A DNA stretch of 52,858 nucleotides from positions 1 through 52,858 of the forward strand of contig ML002269.1 of NCBI GenBank assembly GCA_003614675.1, in the 5' to 3' direction. Within the stretch, counting starts at the first letter, position 1. Each line of letters starts with the position of its first letter. The position numbers and the translations under genes are program-made. The notes below the pieces were generated by a model. The model had not been told where the DNA came from, searched no databases, and worked only from the letters and a program-made list of their open reading frames with translations. Shown here one piece after another: positions 1 through 11,793 of the stretch. The stretch is from Dimargaris cristalligena. Lineage: Eukaryota.

Positions 1-1
1 G

Positions 2-571
2 ACCGCGATTGATGCGTTTCGCCTAATGAACCGTGAACAGGTGAGCGCCGTGGGTATCATCGATACCTTCCGTGACTTGGATGACGATGACGAGGAAGAG
101 GGTGAGACCGATGGAGAAGAGTTCGATGGTATTCCGGGCCACTCGTGGAGTAACAGTCCGCCCGACCACACCCAGCTACCACCTCCGTCATCCACCAACT
201 CCAAAAATAACGCCGTCCCCGCCCCCGCGGCCACCCCTGCTCCTGCCCCCTACCATAATAGCCAGAATAGTAAATCCGCTCCTCAAACCACCAGGGGTCC
301 CATTTCTACCGAATTGGCTTCCACCCATCTTCGGCGGATTACCCCTCGTCATTTGGACCTGTTGGCTAAACCCGTCGTGGCCTTTTTATTAGCCAGTCAG
401 GGTGACATACCGACCCCTTTTGTGGTCCGGTCTCGGTTTACGTTTGGCCAATGCATGGCTGGACTCCTGCAAACCGCATCGCGGCGGGCTTGGCTAGTGA
501 CGGATGACGACGACCATCCCACGGCGGCCATTACTTTGACCGACATTATCCGGGCCTTTATTTCAACCTAA
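2..571 (+). CDS. CBS-domain protein, C-terminal part (Sds23/SNF4-like); 5' truncated by window edge
   Basis: Frame open from position 2 (TAIDAFRLMNREQVSAVGII...). CBS-like segments 'AIDAFRLM...VSAVGII', 'ELASTHLR...KPVVAFL' and 'RRAWLVTDDDDHPTAAITLTDIIRAF'; stop TAA at 569-571. Confidence 0.75.
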   Translation, partial: TAIDAFRLMNREQVSAVGIIDTFRDLDDDDEEEGETDGEEFDGIPGHSWSNSPPDHTQLPPPSSTNSKNNAVPAPAATPAPAPYHNSQNSKSAPQTTRGPISTELASTHLRRITPRHLDLLAKPVVAFLLASQGDIPTPFVVRSRFTFGQCMAGLLQTASRRAWLVTDDDDHPTAAITLTDIIRAFIST

Positions 572-1003
572 AAGGAGGATATTTGGGACTCGCGCTTTTT
601 AAGCGTGGATTTGATCTCGTTTTTTATTTATTTATTTGCTAGCTGGCTTGACTTACTTGCTTAGTTTCCTTTTATTATACATGTACAATTGCACTTATCT
701 ATCCGGCCACATTCTTTTACCAGGGAGGAGGAAGACTTCCATTTAATTAGCGCGTCTTTGAATACGGCCGAAATATTTTTATTAAACCTCGCTAATAAAT
801 CAGGCATTGCCATTAAGCATCGGGAAAGGATACCGCACGGAATCCAGCATAACAAAGGGAAGGTTGACTACAGATGATCGCGAATTCTAGAGTGTAATTT
901 TATCTATATAAAGAACATGGAGTTACTTGGATGGAAACATAGGCATCTCGTTACAGGCCAAAATACTGAAACATTGCTATAAGAATTAACTGAATGCATG
1001 TTT

Positions 1004-1990
1004 TTACGAATCGGAGGGTTTTTGGAGTGCCTCGATGGTGTGGGTATCCGCATAGTGGCGGCATTTGTCCTTGAACACTTTGAGGGACCGAGCACGGACA
1101 ATGTCTTCCACGGTCCGTTCATTGTAAATCCAACGACGCTACACACGGAAGAATTAAACGGTGAAGTGGGGGTATATAGACGACAGGATATAATAAAGGT
1201 CAGATGAGCGATCAGCAGCCGAAATTGAATACATTCATGCGATGAGTATAATAGGGCTCGGTAGCGGGATTTCCCCGAAATATGATAATGTCAATTTACC
1301 TTAGTTTCCTGATAGTAGAGGCTGTTTTGCGCATCGTAATCATTGGGGTTCTTGGAAAGGGCCTCCTGTTGGTTTTCGAGTTTCTTGTCAACCACCTGAA
1401 CATTTGATGATGAGATTAAAATGCATAGATGAGCAGAGAGCGGAGAAAAAGTGCGCTATAGACTAGCACAGGTATAGCGATCACTTTGGCTGGACATAGA
1501 CATAGCACTTCATAAATGGAAACTAGAAGCAATTAAGATGGGACTTACCCCCAAACAGTAGTCGATGGCCTTATCCCGCTGGGTGTAGGCCCGGGATAGA
1601 TTCGTAAAGAATTCGGCGCAGGCTCCGTCGGAATGGGTGTCAGTTTTGTTCATCCGAAGAATGATATTGTCGTCAATTCGCCGCAACTCCTTCATGAACT
1701 CTGGGAATAGAACATTAAAACGCGCATATATGTCGATAATCACCCGGTGATAATAGTAATGGGGGAGGGGGATACATGTGTGGATAGAGGGGTTAGCCCA
1801 GGTCCAGTGAACATAAAAATAGGTAAAGCCCGTGGACCGGGCCGAGGTGAGGTGATGGAGCACAGGTCCCCGGGACAGGGGAGTAATGGGGATGTATTGG
1901 TCACCACAAGGCCCATGTTAGCTCACCTTTGAAATGGGACAAGTTCAGGCAGGTCGACTCGTACAATTTGGGTAGTTCGGGATTCAACAT
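1004..1990 (-). CDS. MIX23: Mix23/Cid2 (CCDC58) family mitochondrial intermembrane-space protein, 148 aa, 4 exons: 1990-1927, 1700-1549, 1395-1300, 1138-1004
   Basis: Manual splicing with GTGAGC/GTAAGT/GTAAAT donors and CAG/CAG/TAG acceptors gives one continuous frame: MLNPELPKLYESTCLNLSHFKEFMKELRRIDDNIILRMN...CAEFFTNLSRAYTQRDKAIDYCLGVVDKKLE...RRWIYNERTVEDIVRARSLKVFKDKC. 'R.iDD.I..rlN', 'R...I.yC' and 'E..VE.Iv..Rs..vF...C' are Cid2-family hallmarks. Confidence 0.9.
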
Positions 1991-2950
1991 GGCAAATGAC
2001 TCTCGGGGGTTCCAGTGGAGGGGCTTGGCTTTGGGTGAAGGCGGGTGTGCGGCTTTATAAGTAAACCAGGTGGTGGCAATGGGGGAGTCTAACGGTAAGA
2101 ATACTAAATAGGGGTGGTGGTTTTATAGAAGAGGGAATGGTCTAAGGTATAAAGTAAACAAGTATAAGTAGTGTCGTATTTAACAGGTTACCCAAAGGAA
2201 GCGTGATATAATAATTGATACCTGGGCGACTTAGTACTGAGAGCTCAGCTCTGGTGTAATAGTATGAGGACCTCCTATATAAGCCAAGGAACCACCAGAG
2301 GCGCTAAGGCTGACGCACGCCCAGTCCAGTCGCCTATAATGCGGTGGTGGTTTGGATGCCCAACCAAAATCCATTTGAGTAGGTTATAAGGTACGCCGGA
2401 TTGGGGAGGAACGGACCAAACAAGCCGCGCCCTATTTCCGGATGATACTCTGCCGCAGCGCCATTAAAATACCCATCACTCATGCAGAAAATTATTCTCT
2501 GTATATTACACCACCACAGCCGCAGTTGATTAAATTATGATAGGCTCATACCATAAACATTTAAGGGTGCCCCAGTTAGTTGGGTACTAAAGCCTGGCCG
2601 GTAGTAGCAGTGTGTCCCTCCAGGAACCAGAATGTAAAAATATACTGAGTGAATTTTACCTATTATACCTCCCATCCATCATGCTTATAATTTTAATAAG
2701 ATCAACTACACCATAGCGAAGGTATACAGGTAAATTCGGTCAATGGGGCTTAAAAGGAACCATAGATTCCCAGTCGCCACAAAAGGCCCCTGCGCCATTT
2801 ACTGGCAACCGGTACAGATTACGCTGGCTATCGGTGTTATTCGATATCATAGGAACCCAAAGGCCAAGTCGAGGTCGTAATATGGGGTAGGGTGGCAAAA
2901 TACATGGTGAAGCGGACGGCTGGTGGGCCGCTGTTCATGAATACCGCCAG

Positions 2951-4740
2951 TTACCGCTGGGGCAAGCCTACAAGGCGGCTACGCTGCGAATCGTGTCGCC
3001 TAATATACTGCACCGCCTCCTGGTATTCGTCATTGGGCGGTTCGTCCGGCGGATAGCTTTTAACCGCCAGCTGATAGTGTTCCAAAGCCTCGGGTGATTG
3101 TTCCGTTTTCACATAAAGTTTGGCGAGTTGGATTAGAGTAACAAATTCATTTTCCGATTCCAGCAGGGCGCGGTGGTAACATTGAATGGCTTCCGCGTAC
3201 CGCTGGCACAGGTCATAGCAACCGGCCAGGACGCTCCACAGCCGGGTATCAAAAGGCCGTAGCGCCGCGGCCTTTTGGTAGTAAAAGAGGGCATAGTGGG
3301 GCATTTTGAGGAATTCGTAAGTTTGGCCCAGACCACTCCAGGCGCGGTGGTCCCGTTCCTCAATATCAATGGCCCGGCGGTAGGCTTCGATAGCTGCCGC
3401 GGTGTTCTTCATTTCGACGTACTCGTGGCCCATGAGGGTCCACGCGGATAGGTACCGGGGGTTCAGTTTAAGGGCCCGTTGGAAATAGACGACGGCCTTT
3501 TCGTGTTCACCCCGGAGACCGTAGTAGTTGCCAATGACGCAGCACGTTTCGGGCCGGAATCGGTCAATGTCGGTGCACTGGTGGGCGAGGTAGCTCAGTT
3601 TGGCCCGGTTTTCCATTACGTAGAGAATGTTGGAGTACACGTCGGCCTGGTCCAGACGGTAAGGGTCCCGGCGGTAGAGGGCGTCGAACAGGGCTTCCGC
3701 CTCTTCGAACTCGCGCGCGTGGTAATGGGCCATAGCCCGCAAGGTGCCCAGAAACTGACTGGCGGGGAAATCAGCATGGACCCGGCGGGCCAGACTCTCC
3801 ATGGTTGCGGGTGCGGCGTGCAGCTCTAGCCGGGCGTGGGCCAGAAAGAATGGGGTCATGAACGAGTGGGGCAGCCGGGGGCTCAGGGTTTCGAGGGCCG
3901 CGACCGACGTAACGCAGTGGCCGAGCTCGAGCCAGGCACTCCAGTTGTACGGATACTGGTGCACCGATTGAACCAGCACTTCGAGGGCCCGGGTCACCAG
4001 GTTTTGTTGGCGGAAACAAAGGCCCAGCAGGTACAGCTCGAACCCGTCGAGATCAGGGTCGGCAGTCCCCCCCGCAGTCAGTTCCTGGAGAATGGTGGGG
4101 ATTTCCTGGTTGACCCGGTTAGCCGAGGCCGAAGCCGAAGTAGGCGCGGTCGTCGCGGACGAGGACGCCATCGTCGAAGGTGCGAGTTCCTCCTTTCGCC
4201 GCTCCCCTGCCATAAATTTAGAATAGAGCCGGAGGAACCGGCATGTCCGGCTGACACATGGCTGAAGGATAAACGACGCGCGGTCGAATTCCCGCGCATC
4301 AAAGTACGACTTGGCTAGCAGGTAACGGTCGCAGGCGTGAGTGCCGAGTGCTGGAGTAGGGACTGTTGAGGAGGTGGTCGTTTGGTAGTCCGCTTCACCA
4401 ACCTGGCAATGCACGGGATGCTGACTGTCGGCCAAGGTCTCGGCAGCCCTAGGGATGGTTGGAACGGTTGCAGGTATAACGAAAAGGTTACCGCCTCCCC
4501 CGAGGTAGAGAATGTGGTGCAATTGTGAAGAGGTTAGAATCCACCCAGGGTCTATAATGTTAGACATAGGTCATGCCGGTGGCGTTTAAGTGCTCTGGAA
4601 GATTCTTTGGGCATGACCGGGTATTTAAATTAGTAGACAGCGAGTGATACTCACCATTTGGCAGCGCACAATAAACCCCGGTGCGAGCATTCTTGAATGG
4701 CACGCCGCAGAAGGGAGCTCGGTGAAAGTGACTCGTCCAT
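2951..4740 (-). CDS. CDC23: Anaphase-promoting complex subunit 8 (Cdc23/Cut23), TPR protein, ~527 aa, 2 exons: 4740-4655, 4448-2951
   Basis: Exon 1 MDESLSPSSLLRRAIQECSHRGLLCAAKW spliced (GTGAGT...TAG) to AAETL. Conserved APC8 motifs 'LAKSYFDAREFDRAS', 'DPYRLD..DVYSNILYV', 'RPETCCVIGNYY', 'AWTLMGHEYVEMKNT.AAIEAYRRA'. The ORF-track start at 4567 lies inside the intron. Confidence 0.95.
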
Positions 4741-7700
4741 GGGCGAAGTTAGATTAGTATGGTCAATAATGTATGGAATTGCGGGTATAACAAAGGGAGG
4801 AGAGGAGGGGTATTCAGCCAAGCGACAAAGTCCCTACCCCTCCTCCCCCTGTCACTCCGTCTGAGCAAATTGTGGAATCACATTGCTTTGTTGACCATGG
4901 GCGATTCCCACTAGTCTTTCCTCACCCCCTTAATACTCGGTAGATTGTGGCAGTTTATAATCGAAACTGGAATAGAATCTAAGTTAGGGATAAAAAGTGG
5001 CCCCTAAGTTATTGATTAGCCGGAAGTATTCCTGGCTGACCACCCCATATATATCACACGGTCTAGTCAACCATAGTTTAAATAATTGAATGGCGGTAAT
5101 GTGGCGCTAGTCATTGAGTTACATTTTGCCGAAAACAGTTAATAATCGACTGGGGTCACCCTAATATGCAAAGGGCGGGGATTAATGGCCATGTGCTTGG
5201 ACCAGTGTCTATCAGTGGTACATCAAATCTCGACTACCGCACCCTTCTCCCGCTTTGTGGTTGTGCTTCCCGTCCAGATGAACGACTGGCGCCACCTTAA
5301 TGGAGCAGCCTATAAACGGCACTGGATTGAGTGACCCGCCCACCTCGGTATACACCAACAGAAGCAGGGAGGGCCGTCAATTCGGATAGTACATTTTAAG
5401 TGACTTCGTATATAATATTATTGCCCGACGGGCTTAGTCCAGGGGGTCATTATAGAAAATCATAGGCCAATTACCAGCCGTGGGCATTCATGGTCACCAT
5501 CAACTTGGCGTTAAATGGTTCGGTATTGTTTAAGTGTAGGATCGCCCCACGCAGTGATGCCCAGAAAATGGAATGACAAGAGGTCAATCCACAGATATGG
5601 CAGCAGAATGGGGGAGAAGGGGAACCTCAGCAACCGGCTGGGCAATTAGCGGATTCTTGCTTGTTCATAGGAAGGGGGGGATATGGCGAATTCATACAGC
5701 TTATTGGGGCGGGAAATGGCAGTAAAAGACCTGAAATGTGCCTAAAGTCACTATAGGTCAATCAGGCCGGCAGCGAGACCCCTCCTCCCTCTCTATTGAC
5801 ACGCAATAATAAATAAGCAAGTTGAGTGTGGCCATGGTGACTGTTTGGTCAAGCTGACGAAGCGATCAAGCGCAATCTAATGGGCTCTGTCCCACTGCTG
5901 TCTGACCATATCCCCATAGCAAATGCCAAGGCCTCTATTACCTAGCTGAGCTGGCGGGGAGTAGAGAGAGCAATGGAGTGACTCCTCTCCCCTGTCTGTG
6001 TCTTCCCCTTCCTATAGGGCGACATATCTAATCCGCCCATAATGGCAGTTTGTGTAAGGCTGGGCTCTCCTCCCCAACCCCGCTAAGTCAAGGGGAATTA
6101 TTGGTGGATACCATACGCTATTCTTCCCTTCCACTGGCTTACCAATGACCAACCCCCATTGCAATGCCCATCCTCTTCCAACCTATCATCGCCTATTATT
6201 TAGATCTCCGATGAAAGAGCGGGCAAAGGTACGCTGGTCTTTAATTATTCAACTAAAAAAAGAACTGATATACGGCCCAGGACCGGCTGGAGGAGCGAAC
6301 AAGCCGCGAGTTCATAGTTCCATTTATTTTTTTCAGAGAGAGGGGGGCATTGCGGTTCGGCCTACAGAAGGGGAGGGCGACATCGGTTCCTTGAAATTAA
6401 AGGGGGAACCTCGCCGCTGTGATTCACTAATAGTGGGGGGAAAGAAGGTAGGAGGTAGGGAGCTAAGCAAGGCCTGCGGGTGCCTCGCCGCTTGAATTAA
6501 TAAAACTGGGATAAGATTACAGTGGCGGGGGGTTCGTTTAGTAATACCAAGTGCAGGATGTAGCCGCCAGTTCCCCCCACCTTGTGCAGACGTGGTGCTG
6601 ACGGAGAAGGAGGGGGGTACGTATGAGGGGAAACCGAGTACCGAGGTTGTCGAATAGGACAGATTGGGGTGTAAGTGAGGAGGCTCAGCAAAAAAATAAA
6701 GGTATAGGGCAACAATATAACCAGCAGGCGGAGCTCCTGTAGGCCGTCGGGGCGCACAACGACGGCCATGCTTTCAATGGCGCTCGAGTAAAAGGAATCT
6801 GCATAAGTGGTGTCGGGACGGGAAGAGAGGGGAGAAGTCCCCAGTCGTTCTGGGTTAGGGCCATTGTTCGATACGGCACAGAGATTGGCCGAGCGAACCC
6901 CCCGTTGCTTCGCATACCCAGCCGGTTCCGGCATCCTACGGCCATTTTAGCCTAAACTACTCTATACAACAGCGCATACACCCAACTAAATGCCAAGAGG
7001 AGTTCGACTGTGTCGCCATGGCTATTATACGGCTTGTACTACGTAGCGTCTATGCGCATATACCAGCCACCTACGCTTGCTGTATTTGTCGGTGCGTTCA
7101 TATGGGCTACATGTACTCACCAACCTCCTCTCTCCCCTTTTCTCCCGTTCTCTCTCTTTCTTGGACTACGTTACTATATTTTTCCAACAGGGGCAGCTCG
7201 AGGTCCTTCTATATTTACCCTTAGTTACTTATTCACTCATCTCTCCTTCTCTCCCTCTCTGCTTATATTGTCCATCTCACCCACCTGAGCACTTCCCTTA
7301 CCTTCCTTTCCTTTTCGTTTCTCTATTTTCGTATTTTCTTAGCTTAACTAACTATTCGTCTTTTAGTTTGGTGTTGTATTCTTTAAACTCCCCTTCCCAC
7401 CCTTGTTCCTGGCTCCATAGACAAGCTTCCTACGCCTCAGCTGTCCGCTCTCTTCGGAGTTTGTTTTGCCCCTCGTGACCCCCCCCCCACGCACTGCAGG
7501 AGCGAGCGTGCGTATCTCACTTTCAGCCACTTCTTTCGACCTAGTCCTTGGGTTCACTGACCTTATATCGACTTCCTGGGAAGTCATCCTTTAACCCATA
7601 TCCTTCCATAAAGCCAGGCTGCTTGTAGTCGGAGGCAGCCCATATACTCAGCCCCCGCTTTCTGGCCGCCTTGGCCGTTCCTGGCCCGTCAAGACGAGTG

Positions 7701-7954
7701 ACCTGCGTCACCGACTCTAGGCCCGCCCGTCGCAACTCCTCGCCTAAGCTGGACTTTGGCAAGCACCCGTTCGACTGTTCTTTCCGACTTTTCGCTGGCG
7801 AGTCGTTGTGTGTCTAATCTACTGGCTCATCTTTGTACCCACCCCTCCCATATTTAGCTATATTCATTTATATTCTCCGCCCCGACTACCCTATAGCCCC
7901 CCAACCCAACCCTTACATACCTATTCCATTTTTCTGAACTACTTCATAGCCACC

Positions 7955-10900
7955 ATGCTCGCGCTTGAGAAACGCCAGCTGACCATCGACCAAATATTGG
8001 CGGCGTCCAATACCCTCGACTCCAAAAACTCCCTAACCCTCGGCGGTTTACTCTACCAGGCTGGTGTGAATTTGGGTATCTGTGCAGGCCTCCTCCTCCT
8101 ATTCTGCATCCTTCGACCAACGAACGGGGTCGTCTATGGTCGACGGGTGAAGCATGCCCCTCCCGAGTTCCGCCCCCCACGGCTATCCCTTAACCCCCTC
8201 TCTTGGATTGTTCCAATTGTCCGGGTGAGCGAGGATGATATGCTCCGGACCGTTGGGTTAGACGCCGTACTCCTCATGCGCTTCCTTAAACTCTGCTTCT
8301 ACACCTTTTTGGTGTTCAGCGCCGCCGGTGCCGGCTCCCTTCTCCCCATTAATTACCTTTACGGCGTTATCCCCGCTGGTGAGAAACTCGGCCTCGATAC
8401 CATCATCACACGGCTCAACATGGAAAACGTGACCACGCTCCAGTGGATTACCTCCCATGTAGTGGTGACCTACGCTATCTCCGTCTTCCTCTGGCTAGTG
8501 GTGTTCCTCAATAACCGCTTTTTTATCCGTAAGCGCCAGGAGCACTTTCATTCCGAGACCTACCAAACCGCCATCCACAACCGCACCATCATAGTGACTC
8601 GCCTACCGTCCAGCCTGCGGGACGACGAGTCCTTGGCCGATTACATGCGCCGCCTCACCCCTGGGTCCCGGGTGACCCATGCCTCGGTGGGTCGTGAATT
8701 AGGTGACCTGCCTAAACTGGTAGCCCAGCACACCGAGATGATTAACCGACTGGAACGGGTCCTGGCCTCCTACCTGCGCGACGAGGCCTCCCTGGACAAA
8801 CCGCGCCCCACTATCAAAGTCAAGAAACAGCCCGTCGACGCCATCGCCTACTACACCGAGCAGCTCGAAGACATTGAGCAGTCCATCAAGGCCCAGCGGT
8901 CCAACCTCCACCTGAGCGCCCCGACCAGCTACGCATTTGTGGCCTACGCCAGCGCCTATGATGCCCACACCGCCCTCAAAACCCTGCGCAAAAGCGGGAC
9001 GGGTAACCAAAAGTTCCTCATTAATGCGGCTCCTGCACCGCGCGATATTATCTGGCCCAACCTGGTCCTAACTCCCGCCGCTACGGGCAGTCGTAAGACC
9101 CTCATTCGAGTGCTGTTTACGCTCTTCTGTTGCTTCGCCACCATTCCCACCTCCCTGCTGTCCCTCATTACCAGTGTGTCTAGTCTGCGCCAGCTATTCC
9201 CGGAAACCCAGCCCTGGTTCGATGCCAACCCCAAGCTGGCCTCGTTCTGGCAGACGCTGATTACCCCATTTTTCCTGGCAGTGTATTTTATGATGCTACC
9301 GTTCTTCTTTCGACTCATGGCACGGTACCAGGGAATTCACACCAAGACCGCTGTCGAACGCTCCATGATGAAAAAGACTTACATTTTCCTCATGTTCTCC
9401 CAGGTCGTGGTCTTCACCATTACCAGCGTGCTGACCCAGCTAATTGGACAGGTCAACAACAAGGAACTTACCGTTGGCCAACTGTTTGAGAACCTGGCTC
9501 CGAACATTATTAAATCGCTGAGTGTCAACTCCTCCTTCTGGATCAGTTTCGTGGCCCTGCGGTCCGTCAACAACCTGCTGGAATTGGCCCAACCGGTGTC
9601 CCTGTTCCTTATCTTCACCCGCCGCTACTTCACCAAACCCACCCCTCGTCAGGTGCGTTCTTTGAGCCGCCCCCCGGATTTCGACTACGGTGTGGTGTAC
9701 GCCAATTACTTGTTCCTGTTCGTCATGACCCTGCTGTACAGCGTGTATGCCCCGCTGATTATCCCCTTTGGCATGGTGGCCTTCGCCCTGGGGGTCATTG
9801 TGTTCAAGTACCAGTTGCTCTACGTCTACACCACCAAGGTCCAGACCGCCGGGCTCATGTGGCGTTCGGTGGTGAACCGAATCTTCTTCACCATGATTCT
9901 GTTCCAGATCTTCGTGCTGCTCAGTTTGCGGTTCCGCATTGCTCAATTCAAGGCCCTGGGCTACATGAACCAATGGGCGCTCTGCATCCCCCTGCCCATT
10001 CTGACTCTCCTCATTGCCGTGGCCCACTGGTTCTGGCTCGAACCCCGCATGCGCTACATGCAAGGCCCCCCGACCGACGACCGGTTCAACGATATGACCA
10101 AGGAGAACACCAACCTCGGCGACCGGTTCCTGCACCACTTATTCCGGGAATCCACCACTACACCCATGGTCGACAAGAAGGTTAAGCACCTCCTAGGGAA
10201 GGTGTACCAGGGCCGCCGCCAGTCCTTGTCCGATATCAAGAACTCGACATACGGCGACCGGGATGGGAGTAGCCACGTTCCAGGAACGAATCTGCGTTAC
10301 GACTTCCGGGATATGAATAGTGATACACAGTCCTGCGTGGGCGATTACAGTGACTGCAGTACTATTTACAACCCTTACCCCGACGAGCAACACCATAATC
10401 CGGCGTACCCAGCCTCCGGTCGGGGTAGTGAGTACGAAATGAACACCCTCGCTGCCTATCCCAACGGCACTATGGTTGATAAATATCCCGGGGCCGGAGT
10501 GGGTAATGGGGATAATATGGGGCACCCACCAGCGGCCTACTACGACGACCGGTCTGCCGAATATGATCAAGGCTACTACCAGCCGTACGGCCACCATACT
10601 ACGCAGCACCACCCCCAGGGAACTGGCGGGATTGGTGCCGGCGGTTACCCCGCCGTGGGTCCAGGCCCCACCCACATGGGTGGTGGGCCCCACAATCCGT
10701 ACCAGCCGTCGGATACCATGGCCCCCCACGACTACCCCGGCCAGGGCTTCTATACTAACCCCCATAGCCAGCCAGCCCAGCCCCACAACTACAATCATAC
10801 CACCACCACTGCCCACCAGAGTATTTACAACGACTACTTTGATGACCAAGACCAAATGGCCTATCATAACCCCAGCAGTGTCCAGCCCCCTCCACCGACC

Positions 10901-10972
10901 GCCGCACCCGTCAACCGTACCAACCGATCGGATGATACCCCATGGAAGCACCAGGGGAGTGGATTTATCTAA
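7955..10972 (+). CDS. CSC1/OSCA/TMEM63 (DUF221, RSN1/PHM7-like) calcium-permeable stress-gated cation channel
   Basis: ATG in CACCATG context at 7955. Motifs 'LFCILRP.N..VY', 'GLDAVLLMRFL', 'SYAFVAY', 'APAPRDIIWPNL', 'YAPLIIPFG...VFKYQLLYVY'. Many TM segments, intronless, low-complexity C-tail. Confidence 0.92.
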   Translation: MLALEKRQLTIDQILAASNTLDSKNSLTLGGLLYQAGVNLGICAGLLLLFCILRPTNGVVYGRRVKHAPPEFRPPRLSLNPLSWIVPIVRVSEDDMLRTVGLDAVLLMRFLKLCFYTFLVFSAAGAGSLLPINYLYGVIPAGEKLGLDTIITRLNMENVTTLQWITSHVVVTYAISVFLWLVVFLNNRFFIRKRQEHFHSETYQTAIHNRTIIVTRLPSSLRDDESLADYMRRLTPGSRVTHASVGRELGDLPKLVAQHTEMINRLERVLASYLRDEASLDKPRPTIKVKKQPVDAIAYYTEQLEDIEQSIKAQRSNLHLSAPTSYAFVAYASAYDAHTALKTLRKSGTGNQKFLINAAPAPRDIIWPNLVLTPAATGSRKTLIRVLFTLFCCFATIPTSLLSLITSVSSLRQLFPETQPWFDANPKLASFWQTLITPFFLAVYFMMLPFFFRLMARYQGIHTKTAVERSMMKKTYIFLMFSQVVVFTITSVLTQLIGQVNNKELTVGQLFENLAPNIIKSLSVNSSFWISFVALRSVNNLLELAQPVSLFLIFTRRYFTKPTPRQVRSLSRPPDFDYGVVYANYLFLFVMTLLYSVYAPLIIPFGMVAFALGVIVFKYQLLYVYTTKVQTAGLMWRSVVNRIFFTMILFQIFVLLSLRFRIAQFKALGYMNQWALCIPLPILTLLIAVAHWFWLEPRMRYMQGPPTDDRFNDMTKENTNLGDRFLHHLFRESTTTPMVDKKVKHLLGKVYQGRRQSLSDIKNSTYGDRDGSSHVPGTNLRYDFRDMNSDTQSCVGDYSDCSTIYNPYPDEQHHNPAYPASGRGSEYEMNTLAAYPNGTMVDKYPGAGVGNGDNMGHPPAAYYDDRSAEYDQGYYQPYGHHTTQHHPQGTGGIGAGGYPAVGPGPTHMGGGPHNPYQPSDTMAPHDYPGQGFYTNPHSQPAQPHNYNHTTTTAHQSIYNDYFDDQDQMAYHNPSSVQPPPPTAAPVNRTNRSDDTPWKHQGSGFI

Positions 10973-11779
10973 GAATGCCTTCGTTGGGAGGAGTAGCGGG
11001 TTGGGATAGGCCTAACGGCGATATACCATAGGACCCTGAATTCCGCCTGTTTTTGTTATCTTCGATTTGTTACTTTATCCCATACCATTGACCCCCTGTC
11101 TCTCTATATGACCGGTTTTACATACCTCCCTTCCTTTCTTCCTTCCTTCCTTTCTCTAAATCATACGTATATAACCCAAAAGTAATATATATATTTACAT
11201 ATATATAAGTGGAGCGTTTCTCATGTATGACTTGGTCCATTATGACCTAGCACATGATGGGCGATGTTACAGCCATGTACTTTGTCGACTTAATCAACTG
11301 ACTGAGGCGATTTTCTCCTGTTCATCTTATCCTCTAGCTATTATTTATGATACTTCTCCTCCTTGCTCTTTCTCATTCTCTTTATTTTACCCTCACTTGT
11401 TTATTCGTTAATAACCTTATAGTCCATTACTACCATACTTTCCTCCATTCCTCTCCAACGGCTCATATTATGTTAGCTTGCCCTCCCACTCACCTTTATC
11501 CACCCTGTTTTGCTTTTGCTAGGGGAGTTTCGGGATGTATTTTTAAACTATGGCTCAGTCCTGGGGCCGTGTAAATCGCCATTCGCGTGAAGTTCATAAC
11601 ATATTGTTTTCTGTTCCAAAATAAAGTGACTATATATACATGGTGAAATTACAGGGATGTGCGAAATTATAATGCCCACTTTCGATGAGGTACGAACGCC
11701 CTATGCATGCATTACGCCGAGGTAGCATACTTGAAATTGAGTCATTGTAGAAAAAATCGATTGTTGCTTTTTTTTATTA

Positions 11780-11793
11780 GGGGGGGGGGGGGG
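11780..11793. repeat. G14 homopolymer
   Basis: Run of 14 G directly visible, in the intergenic region between CSC1 and VNX1. Confidence 0.9.

Noticed and set aside
102-294. Intron explaining the CBS insertion (GTGAGA donor at 102)
   Set aside because: The AG acceptors checked near the end of the insertion (261, 265, 270, 294) are out of phase, and the region is an open frame with coding-like composition.
4449-4567. ORF-track N-terminus of CDC23 (MSNIIDPGW...)
   Set aside because: It lies in intron 1; the true conserved N-terminus (RGLLCAAKWAAE) is on exon 4740-4655.
7808-7954. Upstream extension of the CSC1 ORF from a GTG start
   Set aside because: Non-ATG start and UTR/intron-like composition; ATG 7955 has a strong context.
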